A stretch of DNA of 64,000 bases from Clostridia bacterium. Lineage in GTDB: Bacteria; Bacillota; Clostridia; UBA1212; DUPL01. Both the position numbers and the translations under genes were made by a program. The stretch is taken from NCBI GenBank assembly GCA_050951325.1, contig JBMNIW010000003.1:342969-406968 (forward strand). Reading direction: 5' to 3'. A model generated the notes under the pieces. That model did no database searches, had not been told where the DNA came from, and saw only the letters and a list, made by a program, of their open reading frames with translations. Shown here one piece after another: positions 1-9,606 of the stretch (position 1 is the first letter of the stretch; every line of letters begins with the position of its first letter).

Positions 1-1480
1 CTTCTTCCAACATGCCGCCACTCATTCTTTCCCTCTTGGGAAACTCGCCATTCACCAAATCAACAATGAAAACCGTATCAAATTCCAGTCCTTTTGCAGA
101 ATGGGCAGTTGACAAAGTAATATTGGCATCTTCGTCAGCCCTAAACTCCAGACACTTGATTAGTTCCTCATACGAACCATTAATACTACATAAAGTTTTC
201 AAAAATTCATAAACATATTCAGCAAACATGCGACTTTTTCCATGTCTTTCGTAATAATTCGACATATCATCATATAATCCTGAAAGAAGCATCCTCTCAA
301 AAACCTTTTTGGGTCTAGGTATCAAAAACCTTGCTTCTTTTTCCGCATCCCTTATTCTTGCCAAAACTTTTTTAACCATAAAATCAGACGCAATATCAAT
401 ATTTCCACCAAGTACGTTGTATGGGAGATTGAAATGATTCAAATACAATTTGAACATTACTGCAGACAAATTGTTTCTGTAAATGACGCAGACACTCCCC
501 CTCTTATTGATCTTTGAAATCTTCTCACATACGAACCTTGCCTGCTCACTTAAATTTCTTAAGTGTATGAACTCAATCTTTTCCCCCAACCTATTATTCG
601 TAAACAAGTTCTTCTCATACCTGTTTCTATTCAAAGCAATCACACTGCTGGCACACTGTACTATCCTTTTGCATGAACGGTAGTTTTCTTCCAGGTAGTA
701 CTTCACGCAATTGGAATAATGTTTCTCAAACTCCAAAACACACCCGGGGTCCGCTCCCCTGAATGCATATATTCCCTGGTCGTCGTCCGCTACAACAAAT
801 ATGTTTCCATGTCCTGCAAGATATTTCATTACCTCAAACTGAGCCCTTGACAAATCCTGTCCTTCATCCACCTGTATGTACTCATACTTTTTTGACCATC
901 TTCTCCGTATTCTTTCATCATTTTCGAGAAGCTCTTTTGCAAACAAAACCATGTCGTCAAAATCAACTAGGTTGTTTTGTCTTTTGTATGCATTATACAT
1001 ATCATATATCTTGTCAAAATTCCTGATAAAACCGTCAGAGGAATACTCAGGCCTGTTTGTCCTTCTGCTGATTAAAGAGAACACCTCATCTGATTCTGGC
1101 ATGTTTACTCCTTTGTTTACCTTTAACCAAATATCCTCCAGAATCTTTTGTTTGACCTTTGCATCTCCACCTATCCTGTGGAACCTATTCCCTGTTATAT
1201 TCTCATAATCATATATTATCCTGTTGCACAAACTGTGCACCGTGCCAAAGTGCGGCAAATCTCTGCCAGGATAAAGCCTTGCATACCTTACTGCCATTTC
1301 TCTCCCTGCCGCTCTTGTAAATGTTACGGACAAAAGCCAGTCAGAACCGGTAATTCCATCCGTCAAAAACCCAATCCTTCTAGTTATAACCGTGGTTTTG
1401 CCGCTCCCTGGTCCTGCCAGTACCAGACAAGGCCCTTCCCTATGATACACAGCTTTTTTCTGAGAATCGCTTAATCTCAT
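1..1480 (-). CDS. UvrD/PcrA-family SF1 DNA helicase, 5' part (runs off window edge)
   Basis: Hand translation (absent from ORF track because no stop in window): MRLSDSQKKAVYHREGPCLVLAGPGSGKTTVITRRI (Walker A), FGTVHSLC, YIQVDEGQD, DDDQGIYAFRGADP; AAGGAG RBS before ATG at 1480. Confidence 0.93.
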   Translation of the reverse strand, partial: MRLSDSQKKAVYHREGPCLVLAGPGSGKTTVITRRIGFLTDGITGSDWLLSVTFTRAAGREMAVRYARLYPGRDLPHFGTVHSLCNRIIYDYENITGNRFHRIGGDAKVKQKILEDIWLKVNKGVNMPESDEVFSLISRRTNRPEYSSDGFIRNFDKIYDMYNAYKRQNNLVDFDDMVLFAKELLENDERIRRRWSKKYEYIQVDEGQDLSRAQFEVMKYLAGHGNIFVVADDDQGIYAFRGADPGCVLEFEKHYSNCVKYYLEENYRSCKRIVQCASSVIALNRNRYEKNLFTNNRLGEKIEFIHLRNLSEQARFVCEKISKINKRGSVCVIYRNNLSAVMFKLYLNHFNLPYNVLGGNIDIASDFMVKKVLARIRDAEKEARFLIPRPKKVFERMLLSGLYDDMSNYYERHGKSRMFAEYVYEFLKTLCSINGSYEELIKCLEFRADEDANITLSTAHSAKGLEFDTVFIVDLVNGEFPKRERMSGGMLEE

Positions 1481-1599
1481 GTTACTCCTTTTTCTATATA
1501 GTCTACCGCTTTTTTCATGTGGGTTCAACTCATTTTTTATGCTTGACAATTTGAAAAGATTAATATATTTACAATATTATACAACAGGAGGAAGTACTT

Positions 1600-2595
1600 A
1601 TGAAGAAAAGATTTTTTGCCGTCCTAATTACAGTTGCACTTGTAACTGTTTGTCTGTTTTCTCAAGTAAGTGCACAGACCAAATTCTCTGAATATGACTT
1701 TTCAGGCTGGACTGAAATAAAGTCATATTTCGAAGACTATCAATCTTTTGTGTTTCCGGATTGGAGGCATCCTTTCAAGGAAACAGACACTGATCTAATC
1801 CCAGAAGGCTGGAAATATGAAAAACCAGCCGGAGCAGCAGATAGTGAAATCGTAAATGAAAGCGGAGATATCGGGTTCTTCCCATCTCCCAACTCAGAAC
1901 TCTATACAAAAGATGCAATATCAAATCCATACGTATGGGTTATGAGAACAAGACTCTCTGCAGGCAAGGTTGCTCAGTATATTGTAAGAGCAACACACGA
2001 AAAAATAAACAATGTAAGGTTTACAGATCCTGACGGTACATAGATTACCTATAAGGACGACGATGGCAATGATGTGGAAAAGGATGTGCTTGGTTCAAGC
2101 GGAATATCCTTCAGACCACACGGCACTTCAGTCTACATATTCATCAAGCAGTATGACCCAAGTGCTCCAAAGAAACTGAACAACAAGGTTGTAAAAATTG
2201 ACGATGTGGCCAACTTCATATTCCCAAGAGGAGAGTACCAGGACGTTGCGGTAGTTGACGACGGAAAATCCGTCACCATCTACTTTGGAGACGAACTTGT
2301 TGCTAAAATATCCTTCTCCGAAAAGAAGAAGTATGATATCAGCAATGAGGAATTCTATTCAAAGGCAACTGTTACTGGAAAAAATGGCTCCGTTCTTGCC
2401 AATGTGGACAATGCGTTAATTAGCACAAAGAGTGTTCTTTGCATTGCTGCAAATGATATCATAGGTGTTGGCGAGATTGGATACACTGAGTACAAAATTG
2501 AATCAAACCCACAAACTGGCGACACTGCAGCCTTTATTGGACTTGTAGCACTGCTGGGAATGGCGGTTCTTAAGAAAAGACCTATAGAAGAATAA
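1600..2595 (+). pseudogene. Signal-peptide, NPQTG-anchored surface protein interrupted by one in-frame TAG (2041-2043)
   Basis: ORFs 1600-2043 and 2074-2595 are in the same frame (offset 474 nt) and joined by TAG plus 10 sense codons. N-terminal signal peptide; C-terminal NPQTGD, hydrophobic helix and KKR; homology to intact paralogs spans both halves. Confidence 0.8.
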
Positions 2596-2607
2596 CAAGT
2601 GATACAC

Positions 2608-2633
2608 AACCGCCGGTCTAGCCGGCGGTTTTT
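2608..2633 (+). terminator. Intrinsic terminator
   Basis: AACCGCCGG-TCTAG-CCGGCGGTT followed by TTT. Confidence 0.8.
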
Positions 2634-2678
2634 GAAAATATGTCATAAGATAAACATATAAAAAATTCAGAAATGGTA

Positions 2679-2707
2679 TTGACAATTCGAAATCAACTTA
2701 GTATAAT
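2679..2707 (+). promoter_or_regulatory. sigma-A promoter of tRNA-Leu
   Basis: Perfect TTGACA-N17-TATAAT, 20 nt upstream of the tRNA. Confidence 0.9.
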
Positions 2708-2727
2708 AATGATTGTGCCAAGGACAT

Positions 2728-2813
2728 GCGATTGTGGCGGAACTGGCAGACGCGCACGTTTGAGGGGCGTGTGGGCAACCCCCGTACGAGTTCAAGTCTC
2801 GTCAATCGCACCA
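2728..2813 (+). tRNA. tRNA-Leu (anticodon GAG)
   Basis: GCGATTG/CAATCGC acceptor stem, anticodon stem CACGT/GCGTG with loop TTGAGGG, long variable arm, GTTCAA T-loop, encoded CCA. Confidence 0.95.
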
Positions 2814-2820
2814 GATAAAT

Positions 2821-2855
2821 AGAAGTCAGCTGTGTTGCAGTTGACTTCTTTTTTT
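2821..2855 (+). terminator. Intrinsic terminator after tRNA-Leu
   Basis: AGAAGTCAGCTG-TGTTG-CAGTTGACTTCT plus T-run. Confidence 0.8.
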
Positions 2856-2900
2856 ATGCATTATATACTCATATATTTCTTCCGACGAGGAGACTTTGAC

Positions 2901-3386
2901 ATGTCACAGGAATATGTTTTCGAATTTTACGGAACAAAAGAAGACTTTTTGAGTTGTTTGGACCGTTTATCCAACAATTATTATCAAAGTTCCAAAATCT
3001 ATTATATCAACAACTATATTGTGAAGTTTGTAGATAATGAAATTCACTTCGGTGTAGAAAGAGCAGGACATTCAGGTGGGTTTTGGTTTATACCCAGAAT
3101 CACAGAACTGAATGACCGAATGGAATTTCGAGGAAAAATCAAATACATAGGCCCCAGTTGCAATCAGTATACAAAAGAGAAAGTAATTAATAAGATAGTG
3201 GTATTCTTTGTGTCAATTCTGCTGCTGCCCTTTGTTTTATTCATCATGCTTTTTACGTTTATCAAAGGAATTATGGAGAGATTAAAAAAACAACATAAAC
3301 CAAAATTGAAAACAACAGAAGATAGATTGTTTGATTTAATGGAAAACTATATGGGTATGAGACAAGTATTGAGCAAGACTGATTAG
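2901..3386 (+). CDS. Hypothetical membrane protein
   Basis: AGGAG RBS before ATG 2901; one hydrophobic segment (IVVFFVSILLLPFVLFIMLFTFI); no recognisable motif. Confidence 0.65.
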   Translation: MSQEYVFEFYGTKEDFLSCLDRLSNNYYQSSKIYYINNYIVKFVDNEIHFGVERAGHSGGFWFIPRITELNDRMEFRGKIKYIGPSCNQYTKEKVINKIVVFFVSILLLPFVLFIMLFTFIKGIMERLKKQHKPKLKTTEDRLFDLMENYMGMRQVLSKTD

Positions 3387-3404
3387 AAAAAAACAGCCTC
3401 TTTT

Positions 3405-3435
3405 GTTATATTCCACCACCAGTCTGGACATAATA
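3405..3435 (+). promoter_or_regulatory. Putative forespore sigma-F/sigma-G promoter
   Basis: GTTATA-N18-CATAATA (GGACATAATA) upstream of a YhfW-like gene, whose B. subtilis homolog is forespore-expressed. Confidence 0.5.
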
Positions 3436-3465
3436 CCTTTAATATGAATAAACAGGAGTGATATT

Positions 3466-4938
3466 ATGTCCTTATGGCTTGACACATGCAAACTGCCAGA
3501 ATACGATGCCCTGGATAAAGACATCGAATGCGACGTTTTGATAATGGGCGGCGGTTTATCCGGCATTCTGACAGCCTTTTTACTAAAACAAAAAGGAGTC
3601 GATGCCTGTATAGTAGAATCCGATAGAATTGCAAGCGGAACAACAGGAAGAACTACAGGAAAAGTAACCATCCAACACGGTCTTTGTTATCATAATTTTC
3701 TAAATCAAATCGGCAGAGAAAAAACTTTAATGTACAAGATTGCCAATGATGAGGCTCTCAAAACTTACAGATATATAGTTGACAAGTTAAATATAGAATG
3801 CGATTTTGAAACAAAACCTGCATATGTTTACACCACGGAACCAAAATATGCAGAAGCAATTAAAGAAGAAGCAGAAGTTGCAAAAGACCTGGGAATCGAT
3901 GCAGAATACATCGAAGGAAAACTACCTCTTCCCTTCCCTACAGAATGTGCTGTCAAGTTCAACAACCAAGCCCAGTTCCATCCTCTTAAATTTATCTCAA
4001 GTATAATTCAGGGTTTAAAAATATATGAAAAGACAAAGGTTTTGGAGATTGATGTTGAGAAGCATGTTGCAAGAACCACGGGAGGGAAAATAAAAGCAAG
4101 ACACATAGTATTTGCTACAGGTTTTCCTTTCAATTACACCCCCGGCTACTATTTTTTACGCATGCATCAAAAGCGGTCCTATCTGCTTGCATTGGAAATA
4201 CAAAGCGACAGCCCCCAGCTGGACGGAATGTATCTTGATGCAAATGGAGAAAACGGTTTTACTTTGAGAATGTACAACGGAATGCTGCTATTTGGAGGAG
4301 GAAGCCACAGAACAGGAGAAAACTCCGGCGGCAAATACGATTACCTGATACAATCAGCAAACAAGTATTATCCCGGATGCAGAATAGTTCATCAATGGTC
4401 TGCCCAGGACTGTGTGTCCCTTGACAACATACCGTATATAGGTCAGTTTTCCGCATCTACTCCCAATATATTTGTGACTACTGGTTACAGGAAATGGGGA
4501 ATGACAGGCTCCATGGTTGGAGCAAAGATAGTTGCAGACATGATACTTGGTCAAAACGATACTGAAAACTATCGGGAAGTATTCAATCCACAAAGATTCA
4601 ACCTCTCCGCTTCAGCTGTAAACCTCTTTAAGGATACTGTCAAGGCTGTAAAAGGCCTTGCCAAGGAAAAATTCACAATACCTAAAGAGGAACTAAAAGA
4701 AGTTAACAGTGGAGAAGGAAAAGTTATTGAATATCTGGGCAAAAAAGTAGGTGTATACAGAGACGACGAAGGCACTGTATACACCGTATCAACGAAATGT
4801 TCCCACCTAGGATGCCAGTTGGAATGGAATCAGGATGAAAAATCCTGGGATTGCCCATGCCATGGCTCAAGATTCGATTACAAAGGATTTGTCATAGACA
4901 ACCCTGCCATTCATCCAGTAAACTTCCTGGACGATTAG
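3466..4938 (+). CDS. FAD-dependent oxidoreductase with C-terminal Rieske [2Fe-2S] domain (YhfW-like)
   Basis: GGGLSG dinucleotide motif, GTTGRTTGK, TGYRKWGMT, Rieske motifs CSHLGC and CPCHGSRF. Confidence 0.9.
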   Translation: MSLWLDTCKLPEYDALDKDIECDVLIMGGGLSGILTAFLLKQKGVDACIVESDRIASGTTGRTTGKVTIQHGLCYHNFLNQIGREKTLMYKIANDEALKTYRYIVDKLNIECDFETKPAYVYTTEPKYAEAIKEEAEVAKDLGIDAEYIEGKLPLPFPTECAVKFNNQAQFHPLKFISSIIQGLKIYEKTKVLEIDVEKHVARTTGGKIKARHIVFATGFPFNYTPGYYFLRMHQKRSYLLALEIQSDSPQLDGMYLDANGENGFTLRMYNGMLLFGGGSHRTGENSGGKYDYLIQSANKYYPGCRIVHQWSAQDCVSLDNIPYIGQFSASTPNIFVTTGYRKWGMTGSMVGAKIVADMILGQNDTENYREVFNPQRFNLSASAVNLFKDTVKAVKGLAKEKFTIPKEELKEVNSGEGKVIEYLGKKVGVYRDDEGTVYTVSTKCSHLGCQLEWNQDEKSWDCPCHGSRFDYKGFVIDNPAIHPVNFLDD

Positions 4939-6167
4939 ATAACAAAGTTTCCGTTTCTAAATATTGGCGTTGGATTGTCCTTCTCATCGTAGCCTGTAAT
5001 TTCAAGGTCAGGTGTTCCTATCATGAAATCCACATGGGTGAGGGAGTTGTTAAGACCATGTCTTTCGAGTTCTTCCTCACTCATATTTGTGCCGTTTTCA
5101 ATGCTGGCCGGATAAGCTTTACCTAAAGCCAGATGACAGGAAGCGTTTTCATCAAACAATGTGTTGAAGAAGATGATTCCCATTCTGGATATTGGTGAAT
5201 CATATTGCACAAGAGCCACCTCTCCAAGTCTTTTTGCTCCATCAAAAGACTCCAGCATATTCTTCAAAGAATCATAGCCCTTCTCTGCTGAATAATTCAC
5301 AACCTCTCCATTCTTGAAATCCAGCACAAAGTTCTCTATCAAAGTTCCCTGATAACTGAGCGGCATCGAACTTACTACCCTGCCCTCTGCAAAGTTCCTA
5401 TCAGGAGCTGTAAATATTTCTTCTGTTGGCATGTTTGCAATGAATGGTATGCCGCTTTGTGTTACATCACTACCACCTGCCCAAATGTGGTTCTTTGGAA
5501 GACCCACCTTGAAGTCGGTGCCAAGACTATTCTTAAAATGCAGGTAGGAAAACTGCTTATCATTCAAGAATTCATACCTTCTCTTCAAAGTTTCAACATG
5601 CTCATCCCATGCCTTTTCCGCATTTCCGCCTCCAACTCTGACAGACTTCAAAATCGCATCCCATAACAGTGACACCGAGTCATCCCCCTTGTCAAACACC
5701 TTCTTTGCCCATCTTTCAGTAGGAACTGAAATGACAGTCCATGCACACTGGTTTGACATGGTGTAGTCATAGAATTCCTTAAGGGCAGTGTTTGATGCAA
5801 TTGATGCATCTCTAAGCCTTGCAGGATCCACATCCCTTAACAAGTCAGGATCAGATGCGGCAATGCTTACAAAACACGCTCCCCTTCTTGCATACATAAG
5901 CCTTTGCTCAACAGCCCAATTCGGGAATTCTTTGAATACTTCACTTTCGGCAAAGTCATACTTCAATTTTGTCATCAGCTCGTCATTCCAAATTGTAATG
6001 ACTTCTTTGGCGCCAGCAATGTACGCTTCCTCGGCAATCATTCTGCCAAAATATGCGCACTCCACAGGACAGCTTAAAACAAGCTCCTGTCCTTTTTGCA
6101 GGTTTACACCCAGCCTTACTGTCAGGCGGGCATATTCACGAAGGTTCTCGTTAAAATTGTTTTCCAA
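4935..6167 (-). CDS. Aminopeptidase, family M29 (AmpS/AmpT/PepS type)
   Basis: ANMPTEEIFTAP, LGEVALV, NTLFDENASCHLALG, HVDFMIG; TTG start at 6167 has an AGGTGA RBS (GTG 6176 is the alternative). Confidence 0.93.
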   Translation of the reverse strand: MENNFNENLREYARLTVRLGVNLQKGQELVLSCPVECAYFGRMIAEEAYIAGAKEVITIWNDELMTKLKYDFAESEVFKEFPNWAVEQRLMYARRGACFVSIAASDPDLLRDVDPARLRDASIASNTALKEFYDYTMSNQCAWTVISVPTERWAKKVFDKGDDSVSLLWDAILKSVRVGGGNAEKAWDEHVETLKRRYEFLNDKQFSYLHFKNSLGTDFKVGLPKNHIWAGGSDVTQSGIPFIANMPTEEIFTAPDRNFAEGRVVSSMPLSYQGTLIENFVLDFKNGEVVNYSAEKGYDSLKNMLESFDGAKRLGEVALVQYDSPISRMGIIFFNTLFDENASCHLALGKAYPASIENGTNMSEEELERHGLNNSLTHVDFMIGTPDLEITGYDEKDNPTPIFRNGNFVI

Positions 6168-6188
6168 TACTATCACCTATCATATTAG

Positions 6189-7139
6189 TTAATTAAAAGC
6201 TTCTGGATGTAGTATTTTGGCAAGTTCCAAAAGACCGTCGGCAAGACGCGGGCCCTGTCTTGTAATAATGTTTTCGTCCAGTTCAAATACCTTGCCCTCT
6301 TTAACTGCGGTCAAATCTTCATAACCTGGCGTAGACATGAATCCTTGTTTGGTATCCCATCTGTCAGAGCAGATAATGAGCTCAGGATCTTTTTCAATCA
6401 AAGCTTCCTTGCTATATGACCATCCCTGTTCATTCTTTGCGATGTTGTCTCCTCCGGCCATTTCAAGCAGAAAACTAATGAAGGTGTCTCCCGTAGCAGT
6501 GTAATCCCCGTATTCACCATATCCAACTACATAATATACCGTGGGCTTTTCCAAGTCATTTACCTTGTTTGTAACGTCTGCAACTTTTCCCTTCATGTCT
6601 TCAACGATCTCGGAAGCTTTGGAGTTTGCGTTAAGTATGTTTCCAATCATTAAGATCGTGTCATAAACACCTTCAAAACTGCTCTGATCATCGATTACAA
6701 AAACCGGGACGCTATTTTGCCTCATCTGGTTGATATAGTCGGGCATAACCGTTCCAGAAACAAGTACAATGTCCGCATCAAGGTCAATAACCTTCTCCAC
6801 ATTGGGAGTCATCAAATCTCCTATGGATTCGACTTCGGAAACTTGATTAGGATAATCGTCATAATCCGTTCTGCCAATAAGTTTGTCCCCTTTTCCCAGA
6901 GCATAAACAGTTTCCGTAAGATTGGGCCCAATTGTGATTATCTTCTCAGGTTCCTTTTCAACCTTAAACTTGTTGCCCTGCGTGTCTGTTATTGTCAAGG
7001 GGTACTCGGTATCGTCAGTTGTCTGTACCGGAGTTGACTTTGGTTTCGGATTGTTCTCCGCAATGGCACAACTTGCCAAAACAAACAATAAAACAACTGC
7101 CATAACAATTATTATGGACTTCTTAATACTTTTTATCAT
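6189..7139 (-). CDS. btuF: Cobalamin ABC transporter substrate-binding lipoprotein
   Basis: Lipobox LASC, YPLTITD, PNLTETVYALG, GRTDYDDYP, RQGPRL; cobalamin riboswitch directly upstream. Confidence 0.85.
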   Translation of the reverse strand: MIKSIKKSIIIVMAVVLLFVLASCAIAENNPKPKSTPVQTTDDTEYPLTITDTQGNKFKVEKEPEKIITIGPNLTETVYALGKGDKLIGRTDYDDYPNQVSEVESIGDLMTPNVEKVIDLDADIVLVSGTVMPDYINQMRQNSVPVFVIDDQSSFEGVYDTILMIGNILNANSKASEIVEDMKGKVADVTNKVNDLEKPTVYYVVGYGEYGDYTATGDTFISFLLEMAGGDNIAKNEQGWSYSKEALIEKDPELIICSDRWDTKQGFMSTPGYEDLTAVKEGKVFELDENIITRQGPRLADGLLELAKILHPEAFN

Positions 7140-7345
7140 AATTTCCCTCCGAAATTATTTATTTTTCTCATTCCCGGCAGGTCTCCTGGCTTAAACCTCA
7201 AGCCGCATACCATACCTTCCCAGTTTCCCAGTGGTATGACCCGGTTGTCAAAACGAGCCATGGCATGCGTAAGTTAATACAGTAGCGGGGGCTGCTGCGG
7301 ATTCTCACCGCATTCCCTATTAAAGCAAAAAGCTACCTGGGAACA
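7139..7345 (-). ncRNA. Cobalamin riboswitch, probably translational
   Basis: Minus strand: AGGT..AATAGGGAATGCGGTGAGAATCCGCAGCAGCCCCCGCTACTGTA..CCACTGGGAAACTGGGAAGG..AGCCAGGAGACCTGCC (B12 box). A downstream hairpin TAATTTC-GGAGG-GAAATTA holds the SD in its loop. Confidence 0.93.
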
Positions 7346-7351
7346 GACATA

Positions 7352-7380
7352 ATATTACATCGCAAAAATACATATGTCAA
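7352..7380 (-). promoter_or_regulatory. sigma-A promoter for riboswitch-btuF
   Basis: TTGACA-N17-TAATAT immediately 5' of the aptamer. Confidence 0.7.
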
Positions 7381-7739
7381 CAAAAAAAGATTGAAAAGGG
7401 TTCCATCGACGATATCTCCATATCAACCACAACCTATACCGAATTCTCCTCTGTAGGAAGCCTTTAGGGCTTTATCCACTATATTTCAATTCCAGCGGAA
7501 TGGTATTATTGGGGTATCGATGCAATGGTAACAAGTAAACATTAGCAATCATATACATATTCAAAGCTATGTTGACAATTAATACTTGTGAAATACCGAT
7601 ACCTTCTATTGTTGTAATACCATCAGAAAATAGATGTATTTTCAACAAAATTTGTTTTTATGTAACTAAATCACTGTACTTGATTTTTCGCAGAGTATAA
7701 TGTACCTTGTATAAATAAAATCACAAGGAGTTCTTGTTT

Positions 7740-8408
7740 ATGGAGTATTTTATCGCATTTCTTGAAGGAATAATCACATTCATATCGCCCTGCCTTCTTC
7801 CAATGCTGCCCGTGTACGTCTCCTACTTCTCAGGACAGGACAATACGAGCAAAAAAGACACATTCCTTAATTCATTGGGATTTGTTATCGGCTTTACAAC
7901 CATATTCGTAACCTTGGGAGCCTTGGCAGGTACATTGGGAAGATTCCTTACAAAATACAATACCTATGTGAACATATTGTTGGGGCTGGCAATGATCCTT
8001 ATGGGTTTAAGCATAGCAGGTCTTTTCAACCTTCCCTTTTTTAAAGGCGGGAAAGGTTTTAATGCAAATGGGAAAAAAATGAACATGGGAAGATCCTTTG
8101 TGTTTGGTGTTGTATTCTCTGTAAGCTGGACACCTTGTGTGGGAGCTTTTTTAGGTTCAGCTCTGATGATGGCCGCTTCCAAAGGAGAAAGCCTTACAGG
8201 GATAATAATGCTTCTGCTATACTCCATCGGTCTTGGAGTTCCCTTTGTAGTCAGCGCAATACTGATAGACAGAATAAAGAACACCTTCAATTTTATTAAG
8301 AGAAATTATAAAGTTATAAATATTGTGTCGGGTTCGCTACTTGTAATATTTGGAATACTTCTTGCCACAGGGCTTATGGGACATTTTCTGAGATTGCTTT
8401 CGTTTTAG
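7740..8408 (+). CDS. ccdA: CcdA/DsbD-type transmembrane thiol-disulfide reductant transporter
   Basis: FISPCLLPMLP and WTPCVG conserved Cys motifs, about six TM segments, YSIGLGVPF. Confidence 0.9.
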   Translation: MEYFIAFLEGIITFISPCLLPMLPVYVSYFSGQDNTSKKDTFLNSLGFVIGFTTIFVTLGALAGTLGRFLTKYNTYVNILLGLAMILMGLSIAGLFNLPFFKGGKGFNANGKKMNMGRSFVFGVVFSVSWTPCVGAFLGSALMMAASKGESLTGIIMLLLYSIGLGVPFVVSAILIDRIKNTFNFIKRNYKVINIVSGSLLVIFGILLATGLMGHFLRLLSF

Positions 8409-8410
8409 GC

Positions 8411-8440
8411 ATAAAGCTGCCGCAGTGGCGGCAGCTTTAA
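8411..8440. terminator. Probable bidirectional terminator
   Basis: TAAAGCTGCCGC-AGTG-GCGGCAGCTTTA between convergent genes. Confidence 0.75.
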
Positions 8441-8445
8441 TGTCA

Positions 8446-9531
8446 TTACTTTTTCTTCGTTGCCCTTACAGCCAGCAAGATGATAACCACACAAACAACA
8501 ACAGCAGCTCCGATAATTCCAATGATTATTCCCATATTACTATCGCCTGATGTTTTATCAGATTTTGCAGCAGTTGTCGTTGCGGGTTTTTCCGTCTCCT
8601 TTACTTCCTCAGTTGGCGAAGGTGTAGGTGTAGGATCTGGAGTTGGTGTTGGTTCAAATTCATAGGTAAAAGCCAGATTATCTATATTTACAGCCTTGTC
8701 ACGGATACCAATTGCCAGCTGACTGGATTCAGGATTGAGTCTTGAATTCTCAACTTTCAAAGCTTCGTTGCCTTCAGCATCATGAATTACCGCAGTCTTG
8801 TAATATGTATAATTCTCCTCTTCATATGACAACTCTTCATCATAAGTTCCCGGATCCGACATGGTTACTGTTGAAATCTTTTCATTGTTTAGATAGATTT
8901 CCACCTTTTCGCCATCGTCAACAAACTTCAAGTTAAAGAACTTGGAAATATCAATCCCTTCCGGATATGGAAAATCGTAAAAGCGGTGTCCAATGTTAAT
9001 ACCATCCGTCTCATATGTTTTTATCGCAACTCTTAATGCATCCGCTCTCGGCATTACCATAATACCACTGCTGCCTTGTGAAGTATCGCAATTCTGGCCA
9101 CCATTCTCTTTATACCAGTCTGCTTCAAAATATCCGATTCTGTCGTCTTTTCCTCCGCCGTGAGCAGGATTGAATTTCGTTATAGGTTCATATGACCTTA
9201 CAAAAAACGCAATGTTTTCGGTATCAACAAGCTGCACATCGACACTAAAGGTATAAGGCGCTTCAATAAGGTCATAAGTAAAGAACTCCATATACCCCTG
9301 TAGAGAAAGATATTTGTTGTCTCCATCCTCCACCACCTTTGCCACAGGACTAGGACCTGCCAGTGTAACTTGGAAATAGTCTGTCAGATCAAGGATGTTT
9401 CTTGCATCGGTTTCTGCATCCTCATCCTCAAAATCCATTGTGAATTCAAAGGTTTCCGCAGACAAATTCAAAACGGCAGTGCCCATAAGCAAGACAACAA
9501 GAATTAGATTTACAATTAATCTTTTTTTCAT
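8446..9531 (-). CDS. Uncharacterised secreted, C-terminally membrane-anchored surface protein (family member B)
   Basis: Signal peptide (..NLSA/ET), acidic beta-rich domain, PTPTPDPTPTPSPT stalk, TM helix, KKK tail; GAGGAGG RBS before ATG 9531. Confidence 0.85.
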   Translation of the reverse strand: MKKRLIVNLILVVLLMGTAVLNLSAETFEFTMDFEDEDAETDARNILDLTDYFQVTLAGPSPVAKVVEDGDNKYLSLQGYMEFFTYDLIEAPYTFSVDVQLVDTENIAFFVRSYEPITKFNPAHGGGKDDRIGYFEADWYKENGGQNCDTSQGSSGIMVMPRADALRVAIKTYETDGINIGHRFYDFPYPEGIDISKFFNLKFVDDGEKVEIYLNNEKISTVTMSDPGTYDEELSYEEENYTYYKTAVIHDAEGNEALKVENSRLNPESSQLAIGIRDKAVNIDNLAFTYEFEPTPTPDPTPTPSPTEEVKETEKPATTTAAKSDKTSGDSNMGIIIGIIGAAVVVCVVIILLAVRATKKK

Positions 9532-9565
9532 TGATTTTCCTCCTCTCAAATAATATGGTATACGA

Positions 9566-9603
9566 AAAAAGCTGTCATACCATTCTATATGGTGACAGCT
9601 CTT
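9566..9603 (-). terminator. Intrinsic terminator between tandem paralogs
   Basis: AGCTGTCA..TGACAGCT inverted repeat with T-run on the minus strand. Confidence 0.65.
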
Positions 9604-9606
9604 AAA

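Noticed and set aside
12-1474. Short + strand ORFs at window start
   Set aside because: Antisense to the helicase gene on the minus strand.
7384-7700. Unusually long intergenic stretch between the riboswitch promoter and ccdA
   Set aside because: The frames I translated by hand give only short, stop-interrupted peptides with no motif I can identify; may be a decayed gene but unsupported.
8610-8660. GGTGT/GGAGT-like short repeats here and at about 9770-9810, 45040-45080 and 56920-56990
   Set aside because: Coding Pro/Thr linkers, not DNA-level repeat elements.
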